From Vicugna vicugna (taxonomy: Eukaryota): a stretch of 64,000 nucleotides of DNA. The translations under genes and the position numbers were made by a program. A model generated the notes under the pieces. It was not told where the DNA came from. It did no database searches and worked only from the letters and a program-made list of their open reading frames with translations. The stretch is taken from assembly GCA_013265495.1 (NCBI GenBank), contig MU058423.1, positions 9,843,627 through 9,907,626 on the forward strand, in the 5' to 3' direction. Positions 12,846 through 26,310 of this stretch are shown here, piece after piece. The stretch's first letter is position 1, and each line of letters starts with the position of its first letter.

Positions 12846-14944
12846 CTGGTAAATATTGTTTTGTTCTCTACATCTGGGGGTGGTTTCTTTTTTGCTATAT
12901 TCATCAGTTTGTCTTGTTTATTTCGACTCAAGCCATTTCTGCTGCTTACATTTTCTTGATCAGAACCAGTCATATGACCTGCATGCAAATCCAAGAGAAG
13001 TTGGGAAATGCTGTTTTCCTGTGGGCCCATAAAATGAGAATAATACAATAAACAAAAAGCACTATATCTGCTCCAGATGCAGGATTTCTTTCTGTCAGAG
13101 GTCAGACATGATTGAGAAGGGTCATTCACAATCTTCCTACTAGCACAGGCTCGTGCATTCCACACAAAATTAGAATGGACAGGATTTGCAATAACAAAGA
13201 CATGCTTTGTAAGCACTTGTATTTTTTAAAAAATAACTCAAATGTTATTCTAACAGTAAAACTAAGTTGGGTACAAATACTGACATACAAAAGAACAGAG
13301 CTTTGTTTAATCACACCTGGAAAGATGCAACCTAAGTCTAGCTGAGGATCAGCTTCTTCTCTGTGTGGGTATATTATCCAGAATGAAAGGGGGAGATTCG
13401 GAAGCTTTGTCAGGGGACTTGGAAAAGAAGCATGCAACATCTCCCTAGGCAAAGCCCTAACAAGATTTAAACTGTTTGCTCCAGGAAACATGCTGTATGT
13501 GATGTTATTAGGCTAAAGTAACCAAGAGCAGAGAAAACAATAAAAAATAATACAGTTTTCCACTTGTGTACCTTTTGAAAATTAGGCAAAGAGGATTCAC
13601 TCAAGGACAGACTAGCTACATAAAACATGACACATGGACCCAGTTAGGGGGCACTTGCCTGTTTAGATTCCTCAGTCTCTGTTTACAGAAAGCTGGGCAG
13701 AGGAAGGTGGACTTGCCTCATCTCTCTCGTAAAGGGAAGGGTAATGGGCAGATATTGCCCCCCCCATCCTACCACGTGCAGGGGTGCCAGGAATGAGTAG
13801 ACTGAGTATCAAGGATGACAGAATATCACAATTTTCTACACAAAATTTGAAAAAAATTTACTTTGGGATTTTTAGCATAGGATGGTAATGGATGGATTTT
13901 GGTACAAATTATAATGTGTTATAATTTAAAACCACCTCTATATTCTAGAAGGCACTCCAGGTTCAAAGGAAATTCCAACAGCAAGTAAAAATAGTGTAAA
14001 CGTTCTTTGGGATTACATTTTTGTGACTTCATTGTTTGGTGGAAACTTCTGATGTGAGAAACCAAATTATTCACTGAGAATAGACAGTGATGGGTGGAAT
14101 CTACAAGAGGTAGACTATTTCAAGTAGGGTTTCAAGGTTTAGTTAGAACAGAGAGGGTAGCAACCTATACACGTAAGAAAGCAAGCTAGGTTTTCAGTCT
14201 TAAAAAAAATAACAACAACAACAAAAACCAAACAGAAACCATACAACCGGTGAAGCCCCTGCAGTAGACAATGAAAACAGCAGGAGAAAACTTCACGATT
14301 GCCTTCAGGGGACAAAGATATCACATGACGAGCACTGGTATTTGTCAGTGCTGAGAACCCCATGAGCAGACGGAGGACTGGAGTCTAACCTGCAATAATC
14401 AGAGATATAAACTAGGGTTGAGTGAAGAAATAAATTGATGGTTTTCATTTTCATATTATAGAATTTTGGAGAAACAGGGTTTCTGTAAATACTGGGTTAG
14501 ATAGGAAAATATCAAGAGAAAAGTTAGGCTGGAGTTGAAGCTTAAGTGAAGGGAAGAAAGGATATGGAACCGAAGAGGGCAGAGCACCCCGAGACAGGGA
14601 CTGGTGTGAACTAAGGACACGGAAAGAAGATGACAGAACTTGAGAGTCAACATCAGGGTGGAGTGGGAAGTTGCTTGAGGGAACTTAAGGAGGACCAGAT
14701 AGTGACCAAAAATTATGGAATTGGTATGTTTAGCAGAGAACTCATTGAAAGTCATTTTTTAAAAAGTGTGATGTGATAATTTTGCTCACTGTCTTCTAAA
14801 GAATAGTCTGGAAAGACGAAAAAAGATGAGTAGGAAGATGAGACGTGAAGTCAGGGAGACCACTGACTGCTAATTCAAGCATGAGATGATACGGGGCCAG
14901 GAACACTCGATGTTCTACAAAGAGCAACAGATGGTCATCCTTGA

Positions 14945-15180
14945 CTACTAAAATTAACCCACCCACAGTGACGCTCCCTAATCCTCTTCCTGTATTGCTT
15001 TTTCATAGCCTTCCCAACCATTTTATTTTTATGTATTGTCTACCTCTCTCCTACAGTAAGTAAGCTTTCATGTTTTGTTTTGTTTTGCTTTGTTTCATTG
15101 TTGTATCTCTACAGCCTAGAGCAGTGTTTGGCACACGATAGGCACCCCATAGATTTTTTTTAATAAATTAATGAATAAAT
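14945..15180 (+). mobile_element. L2 3' end
   Basis: tgttgtatctctacagcctagagcagtgtttggcacacgataggcac...aatgaataaat. Confidence 0.65.
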
Positions 15181-17117
15181 ATTGCAAAACTTCTGCAGAA
15201 AGATCCTTAGTAGCAGACTAAATATAAAGAATGAGGAGAAAGAAGAAACTGAAATAATGATTCCAGAGAATACAGCCTAAAATTTTTTTTAAGTGATGGG
15301 AACAACTGAAGAGTTTTTATCCAATGAGGGTAGTCTGGAGACAGTTTTAGATTGGAACCTAAATAATATGAGGAAAGCATCATTTGGTTAGCACCGTCTT
15401 TCCCACACTTAACACAGTACGTACAAAGTTTGTGTTCTGTAAGTTGGGTTTCAAAGAATACATTCTATATTGAGTTTGAGGATTAGTGAATGTGTTCTGT
15501 TTGGAGTTGGAAAGGTTGAAGACCAGGGAGAAATGGAAAGGTAGATTAGAGAGGCTTCAACATGGAAGCTGGGTAATCTGGTGTGGCAGATGGATTTTCA
15601 GAGGTTAGAAATGCATAATGTATTTGTGAGACTAATTTTGTGTAAGAACAGTTACTCTCATTTGACTAAAACCTGTTTTAGCAAATTCAGATATTAATTC
15701 GAGAAATTTGCAACCTGGAGGCAGAGTACACAAGCGCTAAACTTTGGAATTAATCTTATGCACACGTGTCTTTTATTCATTAGGTAAATTTCCAAAACGT
15801 TATGTGCAAATCAAATAAGGGCAAATCTAATTACACTGACTTACATTAGAGGAGCTATTTTATCTGCATTTCTGATTGATTTGCAATTGGCAGTCCTTCA
15901 TAACACCTTCATCATTTCTTTGCCCTTCAAGATTCGCTGTCAATTAGCTGATGAACTGTCAGCATTTAAATTCATCAGGAGCTTACTATTTAAAGAATGC
16001 CTGTAGTAAATGCTTCAGTTATATGAGAAAATCCTATGTGGATATACTGAGTTCTGTAGAGAGCAAGGACCATGCATCATGGCATCTCAGAGAAGTCTTG
16101 GTATCCTAAGTGCACACAAAGCATAGAATATGAGATACCAGTTGTTTAAGACGCAGCAAATGTGGATGCAAGTTAGTTCGTTAAAGTGTCAAAGGAAGGT
16201 ATATAATATTTTTAATCAGTGTGAAAATGTGACCAGCTGCTATCTCTCAATCTCCGAATTCAAATTTTCTAAGACTGGGGATTTGATATGAAAACTTGAA
16301 AATGCTATGGATTTTCTTCTATTTCATGCTCTTTGGTCTTCAGACGAGCTTAGTATCTTTACTGTGGGAATATTTTAGTTGTGTGTGTCTGTGTGGGTAA
16401 GTGTGTATGCAGGATGTAGTACACACCTATCCATAAATCTGAGTCAATTTATCTTACTTTTTTTCCTTCTCCTTGGAACACATAAAGTGCACAGCTTCAG
16501 TCCACTTGAACCAATTACCATCTTCAAGAAAATATTTTTTTGCACCAAATACATGAAATTTGAGAAAAGTTTTAACCTGACTCGAAGAGTCCTAATATCC
16601 GTGATCTGAAACCGAGAAACCTGGAGAGGGCGGGAGTCCTGTCCAGTCCTCGCTCTCAGGTCCCCACGGCACTAATTAAAGCTGTGCGGTTGGTACTCGA
16701 AAATAACGTGTCCCCTGCTCTGAGCACAGTCAGACGTATTGCATTGCATTTGATACACTTCTTCCTTCTCTCTGTCTTCTGCAAAAGGCAGATGACAGGA
16801 TGAGCAACACGAGCCTGTCAGGCCTTGGGCACCAACTCTTTCCTGGAGTAAATCTCTTTCAAGCCAAATGCCCTTCTCATCTTCTTCCTCACTGACTCTC
16901 AGCCTAGTCTTTTTTTTTTTTCCACCCAAATTTATGATTTTGATGCTGATGGTATCAATTTCTTTCCCTAGACATTCCTGCTAAACATACAGGCAGAACT
17001 GGCATGATCATCACACTATAATATTGTTCACAGCTTCAATCTTTCCATTGATTAAATATAACTGAGAATGAGAGTAAATTCTACAGGAAGATACTCACAT
17101 GCGAACATACTCTGAGT

Positions 17118-17470
17118 ATTATTCAAGATAGACTTACATATGTTGCAGTAACAAAAAAAAAAACTTTAAAATCTCAGTGGCTTTCAGCAACAAAAGGTTT
17201 GGATTTAGTGTTCGTTTTGTCTTCCTTGTTCCTGCAACATACCCATCTCAGGTTGGTCGTGAGCCCTGTTCTTGCTGTCTTCACTCGGGGGTGTGAGTCA
17301 ATATGGCTTCATGTCAAGGGAAACCGGCTCTGTCTTCTAAAGACTTCCACCTAGAAGTCCAGCTTACCTTCACCGTGCTTTGACCAAAGCCTGTCACACG
17401 TGTACGCCCAGCCTCAAGGGGACGGAGAGCGCGTCCCATCAGGCGCCTGGAAGGAGGAAAATTACAAATC
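17118..17470 (-). mobile_element. MLT1K-like ERVL-MaLR solo LTR
   Basis: atgttgcagtaacaaa...aatctcagtggcttt...acttccacctagaagt...ttgaccaaagcctgtcac. Confidence 0.6.
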
Positions 17471-17704
17471 ACAATTGCCCTTAAAACTCCTCACCCTGAG
17501 ATTAGTAAGCATAACACGTATATACTTTCTTTATAACTATAAAATCTTAGTTTCAACAGGTTCAAATGCATTTTGGAAAGAATAAAGCATTACATACATA
17601 TTATTATTATTATTATTAACATATTTTAGGCAACATATGATCATTAGAATGGAGAATTTGGTAATTATAATCAATGACTAATTTTAAAGTATCCCTTGAC
17701 AATT

Positions 17705-18240
17705 TTCCTCCATTCATAAAGAATTTACTGAGTGCCTCTGATTTTTCTGGTACTGAGCACACAGGGATAAATGAGACAGACAGCCTCCTACCAAGGAAAT
17801 CACCATCCATAGAAAAGAGTCACTAATAAATCAATAGTGATGACAGATTACACTAAACATGATGACAGAAACAGATAAGGGATGCAAAGAGAAACTTCAC
17901 AAAGCGAGGTCAGGATGGTTCTGCTTTGCCCAGATGGATTTCCAAGAGTGGGTGGCTTTGAGATGAGTCTTAAATACTGAATAGAAATTATTATAGGATG
18001 GATAAGAATGGTTTGGATGAAGGAAATACCATCTCCTAAAGCACTGAAACATCAGAGTTTATACAATGGTGAGAAACTGCAAGGAGTCCTAAGGCTAGAG
18101 AATAGATTTATGGGGGCAAGTGGTCCACAAAGTAAAATGTAAGTTGAGAGAGGCAGGCAGATACATGTGTGTCATGTTAACAATATTTCAGCTTCATCTG
18201 AAAGACAGTGGTGAAGCTCAGTAGATTTTCTGTAGCAGAA
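17705..18240 (-). mobile_element. L2 (reverse)
   Basis: cattcataaagaatttactgagtgcctctg...gtactgagcac...tttgagatgagtcttaaa. Confidence 0.55.
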
Positions 18241-19319
18241 AAGAACATTCTGTTGGTAGGTGAGGACCATCTCTTCACTGCATTGTACAATACCTGGCAT
18301 ATAGTTGGCACTCAACAAACATTGCTGGATGAGTCAGTGAGTGAGCGAACAATGGCACAGAGGCTTAAGGTGAGATGGCCTCATTACAATACATTACCCA
18401 ATTTTTCTGAAATTTGGAAGTATCATACATTCAAAACGTAGGTAATGTTTATGACAAGTATTTCTGAACAAAGTAATGATTCAGAAATGCAGCTATTAAT
18501 TTATTCATTCAAGTAGTCATCTACTGATTGTCTACATTCATGTAACAGATTTTTCTCCTGTGCAAAACACTGTATTAAGTGCCGTGAGAAGCAAAGATGC
18601 CTACCATATAGATTAATTTTTTTCCTGCAAGCACTCTAGAGTCCAACAGCAACAAAAAAATAAGGGCCATACTCAGCTAATTGCTTCAACGTGGTATGTG
18701 GTGAAAGGAATTAAAAAGACAGATTGGTGCTTACTCTAAGCCAGTGGTTGTAAGCGGTTTCTGGAATAGGTTATCATTCAGGCTGGCCTTTGACAGATTT
18801 ATCTTGGACTTTCAGAGATAGTCCAGGCAGAGGTAAATAAAGTAAGCAGCAATGCCTGTTTCACACAACCTGTTCAGTTTTGTTTTTATTGTCATTGTTG
18901 ACTTTAATCCACCAAAATTATGAGTCAGACTAATCTTTAACTGAGTAGCTGATTCAAGCAAAACAGTCAGTTAGATAACCCTGAATTTATTTTGCATACA
19001 AATGAGCTACTCAAATTTAGTTACCTTTTCTGACTTGTGGAACGAATACTGACAGTTTGTTCACCAATATTTCCAGAAAATTAAAATTTGTCAGTGTTTC
19101 AAAGAGTTCTCAAATTTTATCCTTTAGAAAAGAAGTGGTAACAGATCGATTAAGCGCATATGCACATTTTGCAGAAAATATGTTACATTTTATAACCTGG
19201 TAGTTGATAAAATGCTTTCATTATACTATTGTATTTCACTACTTTATTAATTATTTGAGTATCTATTTTGTTCTAGAAAATGTACCAAGTGAGTAATAAT
19301 ATCAGATTCATTAAGCCTG

Positions 19320-19520
19320 CTGATTTGCCAGGCACCGAACTGTTTGCTTTGCACACCTGGTTCATTTAATCCTAAAAATGACAATGTAAGTATTATTATT
19401 CTCATTTTACAAGTGAAAAAAAATTTCAGTGTGGAGAGATTAAGTAACCTTCCCAAAGTCACGTAAACAATATATGGGGATCCAAGATTCTAAGCCAGAT
19501 CTGTCTTTTCCAAATCATAC
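19320..19520 (-). mobile_element. MIR
   Basis: tgccaggcac...tcatttaatcct...tattattctcattttacaagtga...gagattaagtaaccttcccaaagtcac. Confidence 0.75.
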
Positions 19521-20079
19521 TCTTAATGGCTATGCAAATTGAGGAAATAGTGAAAAAAAAATCTGACTCATCCTTAACGTCAACCCAGGATAACCAACAC
19601 GTACAGAAACCGCAGTGCTGTACTGCAAGTGCTGAAGCTGGACTGCAAGCTCTGAACGGCAAAGGCTGCTTTTCCCTCGTGAGAACCCAACGTCTCACCT
19701 TGTTCGTCGGTGTTTAGTTACTGCTTACGATGCATTTGTTGGATGAACTAATAAATAAACAACTACAAAGAGATACATGGAGAAACTGGAGCATCAGGAA
19801 ACTTTTCTTTTTGCATAAGAAGAAATTGAGAGGCTCACTGTCTGCCCAAAGCCGAGCTCCTCTTCTAATCAAAGCGTTTTGGGCTGGTGCCCACATCATC
19901 TAATTCCAGCTCTGTTTTCTCTCATGGTACCACGGCTGCCTGCCTTTAGCACTGTTTCAGGAAGGCGGCACACAAACACAGCGTGACGCTTGTCCTTTGC
20001 TAAGACAACAATAGCCTTGAACTCAGGTTTTGTCCATCTACTCTAAAGCTCCCGTGCGCTACCGTGTCACCAGGGCCTG

Positions 20080-20325
20080 GTATGTAGCGATGAGCATGTG
20101 AGCTCTCGGGCCAGGAGAGCAGGTTCACGTTTAGGCTCTGCTCTTTATGAGCTGTGTGATCTCAGGCAACCTGCTTAACCTCACTGGACCCCAGTGCGAT
20201 CATTTATAAAATGGACACGATGGGCCTGATCCCTGGAACTGTGAGGACTGAACATGAGAACTCGTGAAAGGTGCTTGGCACAGTGTGTAAGGCACATGAC
20301 AAGAGTCCGAAAGAGCTGGCTACTG
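20080..20325 (+). mobile_element. MIR
   Basis: gctctgctctttatgagctgtgtgatctcaggcaacctgcttaacctcactgg...tttataaaatgg...gtgcttggcacagtg. Confidence 0.75.
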
Positions 20326-20340
20326 TTTTATATCACCAGA

Positions 20341-20791
20341 TGGATTCGCTTCCTAGAACTGCAGTAACAAAGCACCAAAAACTAGATAACTTAAAACAAC
20401 AGGGATTTACTGTCTCCCAGTTTTGGAAGCTACAACCCCAAAATCAAGGTGTTGGCAAGGCCATGTTCTCTCTGATGGCTCTGGGGGGATCCTTCCTTGC
20501 CTCTTCTAGCTTCCGGTGTTTGATGACAAACCTTTGGCATCCTCAGGCACATGGCCGTCTGCTCCTTGGGAGTCTTCCAGACATCTTCTCTCTGCGCACA
20601 TCTGTCATTGCATCCAAATTCCCCCTTTTTATAAGGATACCAGTCATATGGGATTTGAGCCCACCCTACTGACGTCTTCTTAAATTGATAACTCTGTCAA
20701 GATACGATTTCTAAATAAGGTCACATGCTTAAGTCCTGGGGATTGGGACTTCAACATATCTTTTGGGGGAGGCAAAATTTTACCTATAACA
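20341..20791 (-). mobile_element. MLT1C-like ERVL-MaLR solo LTR, near full length
   Basis: ttcctagaactgcagtaacaaagcacc...aaatcaaggtgttggcaaggcc...ttcaacatatcttttggggga...cctataaca; 5-bp TSD ccaga (20336-20340) / ccagg (20792-20796). Confidence 0.85.
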
Positions 20792-21439
20792 CCAGGCATT
20801 TGCTTTTAACACTGCTCCTTCAAGGAGTCATGTAACTTCAAGTCTCCCAACCCAGAAGAGCTGTGCAGAAAACACTTATCTGAGAACTGTCTCTTGTGCG
20901 TCCTACTTTCCTTTACCTCGCTTCTCAGCCGTCTCCTGACAGCCTCAATTGAGACTGCCTCTAGGGTCTGGCTTAGCTGTCACTCCTGGTCTAATTAAGG
21001 GGGCCACTTGCTGCCCTGCAGCTTCTGTTCCCAGTGGCCCCGAGTTCTGTTCTTCCTGCATCAGCACCTGCCTCTGGTGATAAGATCTCCTCCCCTGGAG
21101 GCCGACCTTGTCCTCATTTTACCGTCATTCATCCTCTATTGACATAGATGACAGTAGTAACGGCTCATATTTATTGAAAACTCTTATGAGCCAGGAGTTA
21201 CATTAAACCCTCTACAGGCATTGCCTCATTTAATCCCCACAACAGCCCTTCAGAGTTCACAGATGAACGATGAAATAACTTCCAAGGTTCCAGTGTGGTG
21301 CCTGATGGATGATGCAAAGTGCTGCTTTCCTCTGAAATAGGGAACGAGAAGGAAAAGCAGGTGTGAAGGCGGGAGGCAATCCTGGCTTTAATTCTGAAGA
21401 TGTTCAGTGTGAGGTTTTCTAGGTTATGTAAGTGAAGGA

Positions 21440-21960
21440 ATTTTAGAACCAGAGAAAGGTAAGACCAAAGAGGTCAATTCTTCACTTTGAATTGAAATGT
21501 CAGTATGAATTCATGGCGTATTTTCTCTAAAAGAAAAAAAAAATAGCTCTATTCATTGAAAAGATCTAGAACCAATGACCAAACTGGTGGCAATAAAGCA
21601 ACCGCTATTGATAAGATTTTGGTCTGTAAATACCACTTTCTCCTAAAAGGAACCAAAGTACTTTGGAAAAAATAGCTGGTTCTAGGTCTGGGGCATAACA
21701 TGTATCAGATGATTCTGAAACATCTTCTACCAGAAGCAAGGAAACCAAACACCAGAAAGGCCCAGGAAACCAACGTGAAGACACTCTCTGGCCAAAAGTA
21801 GGATAACTGGAGTATAAATAAGGATAACCGCCTAATGGCTTGAAGCACATCACATGCTTTTAAATCCGTAAGTTTATAATTATATACATAAGCTTTCCTA
21901 AATGTTTTGAAATGCTTCATGATAATAATGCAAAAAATAAGGTGATTAGTATAATGCCTA
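21440..21960 (+). mobile_element. Old L1M (L1MC-like) 3' UTR fragment
   Basis: ttttggtctgtaaataccactttctcctaaaaggaaccaaag...ggaaaaaatagctggttctaggtctggggca...gattctgaaacatctt. Confidence 0.6.
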
Positions 21961-22026
21961 GCTCATAAAAGACATAAGATGGGTTTTGTATTTTTTATTA
22001 TCACATCCTGAAAGTAGCACCTTTCT

Positions 22027-22368
22027 TTTTTATTGTTTTTTCTTATTGTTGAGTATAGTCAGTTTACAATGTTGTGTTAATTTGCTAGTGTACAGCATAA
22101 TGTTTTAGTCATCCATATACATACATATATTCGTTTTCATAATTCTTTTTCATTATAGGTAACTACAAGATACTGACTATAGTTCCCTGTGCCATACAAA
22201 AGAAATGTGTTGTTTATCTATTTTATATATATGGTCGTTAGTATCTGCAAATCTCAAACGCCTAATTTATCCCTCCATCACCCCCTTCCCCACCGGTAAC
22301 TTTAAGTTTGTTTTCTATGTCTGAGTCTGTTTCTGTTTTGTAAATAAGTTCATTTGTGTCTTTTTTGC
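22027..22368 (-). mobile_element. Truncated L1 3' end, same family as 3656-4081
   Basis: Reverse-complement similarity to 3760-4080; probable TSD tagcacctttct (22015-22026) / tagtatctttct (22369-22380). Confidence 0.88.
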
Positions 22369-23568
22369 TAGTATCTTTCTATAACTCATTTTATTCTTGC
22401 TTTCATGTTAAGAAGTTCATTTTCAATTGATACTAACTAGCTGATTCAAGGGAAACCTCTGAATTATCTTATTCCTCTCAGTCCTCCTTTTTTTAAAATG
22501 AGAACAAATGAAAATTGAAAATAACATTTTTTTTCTGAGCTTCAAGTTATGAAGAAAATCATTGTAATGTAATGATTTTATATGTCACCTACCTTGCCCC
22601 ATCGACCACATTGCTTTTGGCCTTTGTAATTTAATAGAAAACTGTTCTACTCCACATTTTGAAATGTTTTCATCTTTCTCGTAAGAGGGGGAGGTGCATC
22701 ACACACTACTGATTTTCACTGACAAATGCTAGACCATGTGAAAACTCTCACAAGGCCAATTCTCTGTTTTTCGCTTTTCCCCATGCCATGCTGATTCGGT
22801 GTTTCCCATGATTTAGTTCAGCCTCGAAACATGGCACCGGATCAGTCAGCGGGTTTGGCACAACTTTAGTTGCTCTGATGTAGGATTCATTAGAAGGGAG
22901 TCATATTCATAAGATATTTTAACTGATAAAAGAGAAAAGTAAAAGTGTTTTCTGTCCTTGCTACTTTTTCCCAAGGGGAAGAGAGCGGTGTTGGTGGGAT
23001 AAAAAGAGTCAAGGGAGTAGGGGCCATGTTTCTTGGATGCAGGAATCTTAAGGTCTGCCTTTCAACTTCAGGACTAAGCTTTGATCACATAGGGGTGTGA
23101 GTTTCCAAACTGGTATGCCCACGTCCCTTCATACATATATATTCTTCTAAACCTCTGCTTTTTTTTCAATTGGGTTACTGTGCTTTATTTTAGCACATGT
23201 CTCACTTACTCTATAATTTGAAAGAGAGACGTTGATACCAGAGCTAAACGAGACAGGAAACAGTGCTTGTTTTCAGATAAAGTGAGAGCCATCAGCCTTC
23301 TTGAGAACATTATGTTTTGATTGATAGACTTTCTCATTGGCTCTTTTCTCTCAACTTGCCCTTGGCAGAGGACCTCACCCACTTCTCTGTTCTGTCTGCG
23401 AGGGCTGCTGACCCACCTCCACCACCAGTCTCAGCGAAGGAAGGCGGCTCCACAAAGGCTGACTCCATTGCCCCTCTCACCTTCCCCCTCTCTCCTGTCT
23501 CTTTCAAAATCAGAAACGAGTTCTTCCTCTCTGGCCTTTTCATTCACTCATATTTCTACCAGTCCTTA

Positions 23569-23903
23569 TTTTTTAAATTGAAGTACAGTCAGTTGCAATG
23601 TGTTGATTTCTGGTGCACAGCACAATGTCCCAGCCATGCACATATATGCACATATTTGTTTTCATATTCTTTTTCATTAAAGGTTATTATAAGATATTGA
23701 ATATAGTTCCCTGTGCTGTACAGTAGGGCCTTGTTGTTTATCTATTTTATATACATTAGTTAGTATCTGCAAATCTCCAACTCCCAGTTTATCCCTCCCC
23801 ACCCCCTTCCCCCGGGTAACCGTAAGTTTGTTTTCTGTGTTTGTGAGTCTGTTTTTGTTTTGTAATTAAATTCATTTCTGTCTTTTTTAGATTCCAAATA
23901 TAA
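23569..23903 (-). mobile_element. Truncated L1 3' end, same family
   Basis: ttgaagtacagtcagttgcaatg...atagttccctgtgctgtacag...tagtatctgcaaatctc...ttttttagattccaaatataag. Confidence 0.88.
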
Positions 23904-25139
23904 GTACTTAATCATCAAAGGTGTGTGCTGATTGTTCCTTTCTTGGGAAAACAGAAGAGAACAAAAAGTCTTTTCCTTGCGACCTCCTCCAGCCACTGTT
24001 CTAGCCCCCTCACATTACTGACCCTCAAGCCACAAGAACAAATCATCGGGATCCAATTGCTTCTGCTTCCTTGTTGCCTTCTGAAATCTGGCTTCCTCTT
24101 TGACCGCTTCATGTAGAATGAAATTCCAGAGGTGGCCAGGTACCTAATCTCCACATCCAGTGGCTCAGACTCTGTCTTACTTCCCCTGTCTGCTTGGCAG
24201 ATTTGATCTGTGTACCCCTCACACGTCCTTTGTGAACCCTCCCTCCGAGATCTACTTGACACTGGAAAATCCTTGAAATCTTCAAACATTTTCCACAATT
24301 ACTTCTCTGTCTTCCTGGCTGCTCCATTTTTCCTTCACTCTTGACCTTTTCTTTCTAAAACCCTCCAGAATATCGGGGCTATCAGAGGCTAATACATAGC
24401 ATCACTTGATTCTCCTGCATAGTTTTGAACCAAGGGAAGAACCGGACATGGGAGATCAGCAAATGGATATTAACTGTTTCCTTAGATCCACGTCCCAAAA
24501 GGGATGTTACTATTCATTATGTCTCCACTTATCTCAAGCCCAGAGATTGCAGGAACCTATTCAAGGAAACCGAGTGGATTTGTAAGGCAAAAATACTTAC
24601 CCAGAATGGCTGCCTCCCACACAAAGGGGGAGGTGAATCTCCAGATCCTTCTGTCTTTAAATAGAGAAGACTTACCCAGTGGAAAACGTGAGCCAGTGAA
24701 TGTCACTGCACTCCCTTCCCAGTCAGATAAATCACTGCCCCCGCCTTGGGGAGAAGTGAGTAAGGCGCAGCGTGAGTGTTACTCTCTTGCAAGTTTCTCC
24801 ACAAGGAAATATGAAGAAATACGTGGTGTGGGATATACTTCATTCTTAGGTTAATCATCATCTTTATATAGACAATTCCCAGATCTGACTTCTGAGTCTG
24901 ATGTGCGTCTAACTTCACAACGGAAACCTACTTGCTATCTGCACCCCGTGTTCTTCTCCGTTACAGTCAACAGCACTGCCACTCCCAGTCATCCAGACAA
25001 AAATCTTTGCCATCATTGTTAATTCATCACTCTCCTTTCTTCCTATTGTTTTTTTTTAAATGTCTCTTCTATTCATCCTTTCTCTTCAGTTTGTACTTCT
25101 ACCACTGTCTTCCATTCCCCACTTATCATCCATGCGTTT

Positions 25140-25710
25140 AACAACTATTTATTAAGGACGTACCAGGTACTAGGATATTTTTTAGGCAGTGAAGATATAA
25201 AAGAAAGGTAAACCATTGACTTAGCCTCCATGGGGCTGAGAAGAGAGGACAAAGGGTTATCAAACAGTAACTTAAACAAATATATAATCTTAACATAGAT
25301 AACTGCAATACCTAAAAGGCACTTGGTGCCATGGGAGCCTTTAATAGGAGGATTAGGGAGGTCGGAGATGGCGTGCCTGCGAAGCGACATTCAAACTGAG
25401 ATCTGACATAGGAGCAGGAGTTAATCAGGCGAAGAGGGCAGGAAGGGGCACTGCAGGCAGCACTCTCCATGTGCAAATGCCTTGTGACTGGAGGCAGCAT
25501 GGTGCGTAAAAGTTGCAAGAAGCGGAGACAGATTTAGAGAGAATGTGGTACAGAGTAGGGCAGCTGGAGAAGCAGGTAGGGGCCATGCCACGTAGGGCTT
25601 TGTACTCCACGCGAAAGAGTATTTTCTTTGAGATCAAAGAAAGTCACTGAAGTATTTAAACAACAGGGTGACATTATTAGCATCAAATTTTGAAAAGATC
25701 ATTCTTGCAT
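25140..25710 (-). mobile_element. L2 3' end (reverse)
   Basis: aacaactatttattaaggacgtaccaggtac...atgtgcaaatgccttgtgactggaggcagcatgg...ttttgaaaagatcattct. Confidence 0.75.
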
Positions 25711-26086
25711 TTTTGGATCATTGTTTCTGCTTCCCAACTGACCCATTGTGTATGTGTCCCCAGCTTGCAAATTATTACACAAACCCATGTCCAAATAACC
25801 CTCACGATGTGCTGTATGAACCTTATTTCCTGGTCTATGAGTTTGGATGACTCCCCAGTATTTTAGGATAAAACTCAAACTATTAGATTTGTTTTGCTAA
25901 GGCTGGCTATCTGGGTTCAGTCTACCTGTCTAAAATCATTTCCAAATTCTCCCCAACACCGAACCTCTTCTCTGGCTAAGCCAGTCTTCCATCTGCCTCT
26001 AAAACAAGCCACCTTCACTCGTGCTCTCCATTTCTTTGTTCAAAACCTTGAAGCTTCTAAACATTCTGCCAAAATTTCTCCTCTTA

Positions 26087-26197
26087 TTTGGGACTAATAC
26101 ACATTACTATATGTAAAATAAACAAGGATCTACTGTATAGCACAGGGAACTATATTCAACTTCTTGTAATGAGCCGTAATGGAAAAGAAACTTAAAA

Positions 26198-26229
<32 letters not shown>

Positions 26230-26310
26230 ACATACAATTTTCTCGCTTTGCTGCACACCTGAAACTAACATTGCAAACTGACTACACTTCAATAAAAAAT
26301 AAGAATTAAA
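26087..26310 (+). mobile_element. Short L1 3' end with (TATG)6 and degenerate TSD
   Basis: tactgtatagcacagggaactatattcaa...gcaaactgactacacttcaataaaaaa; TSD-like aaaatttctcctctta (26071-26086) / aaacttttccctctta (26311-26326). Confidence 0.85.
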
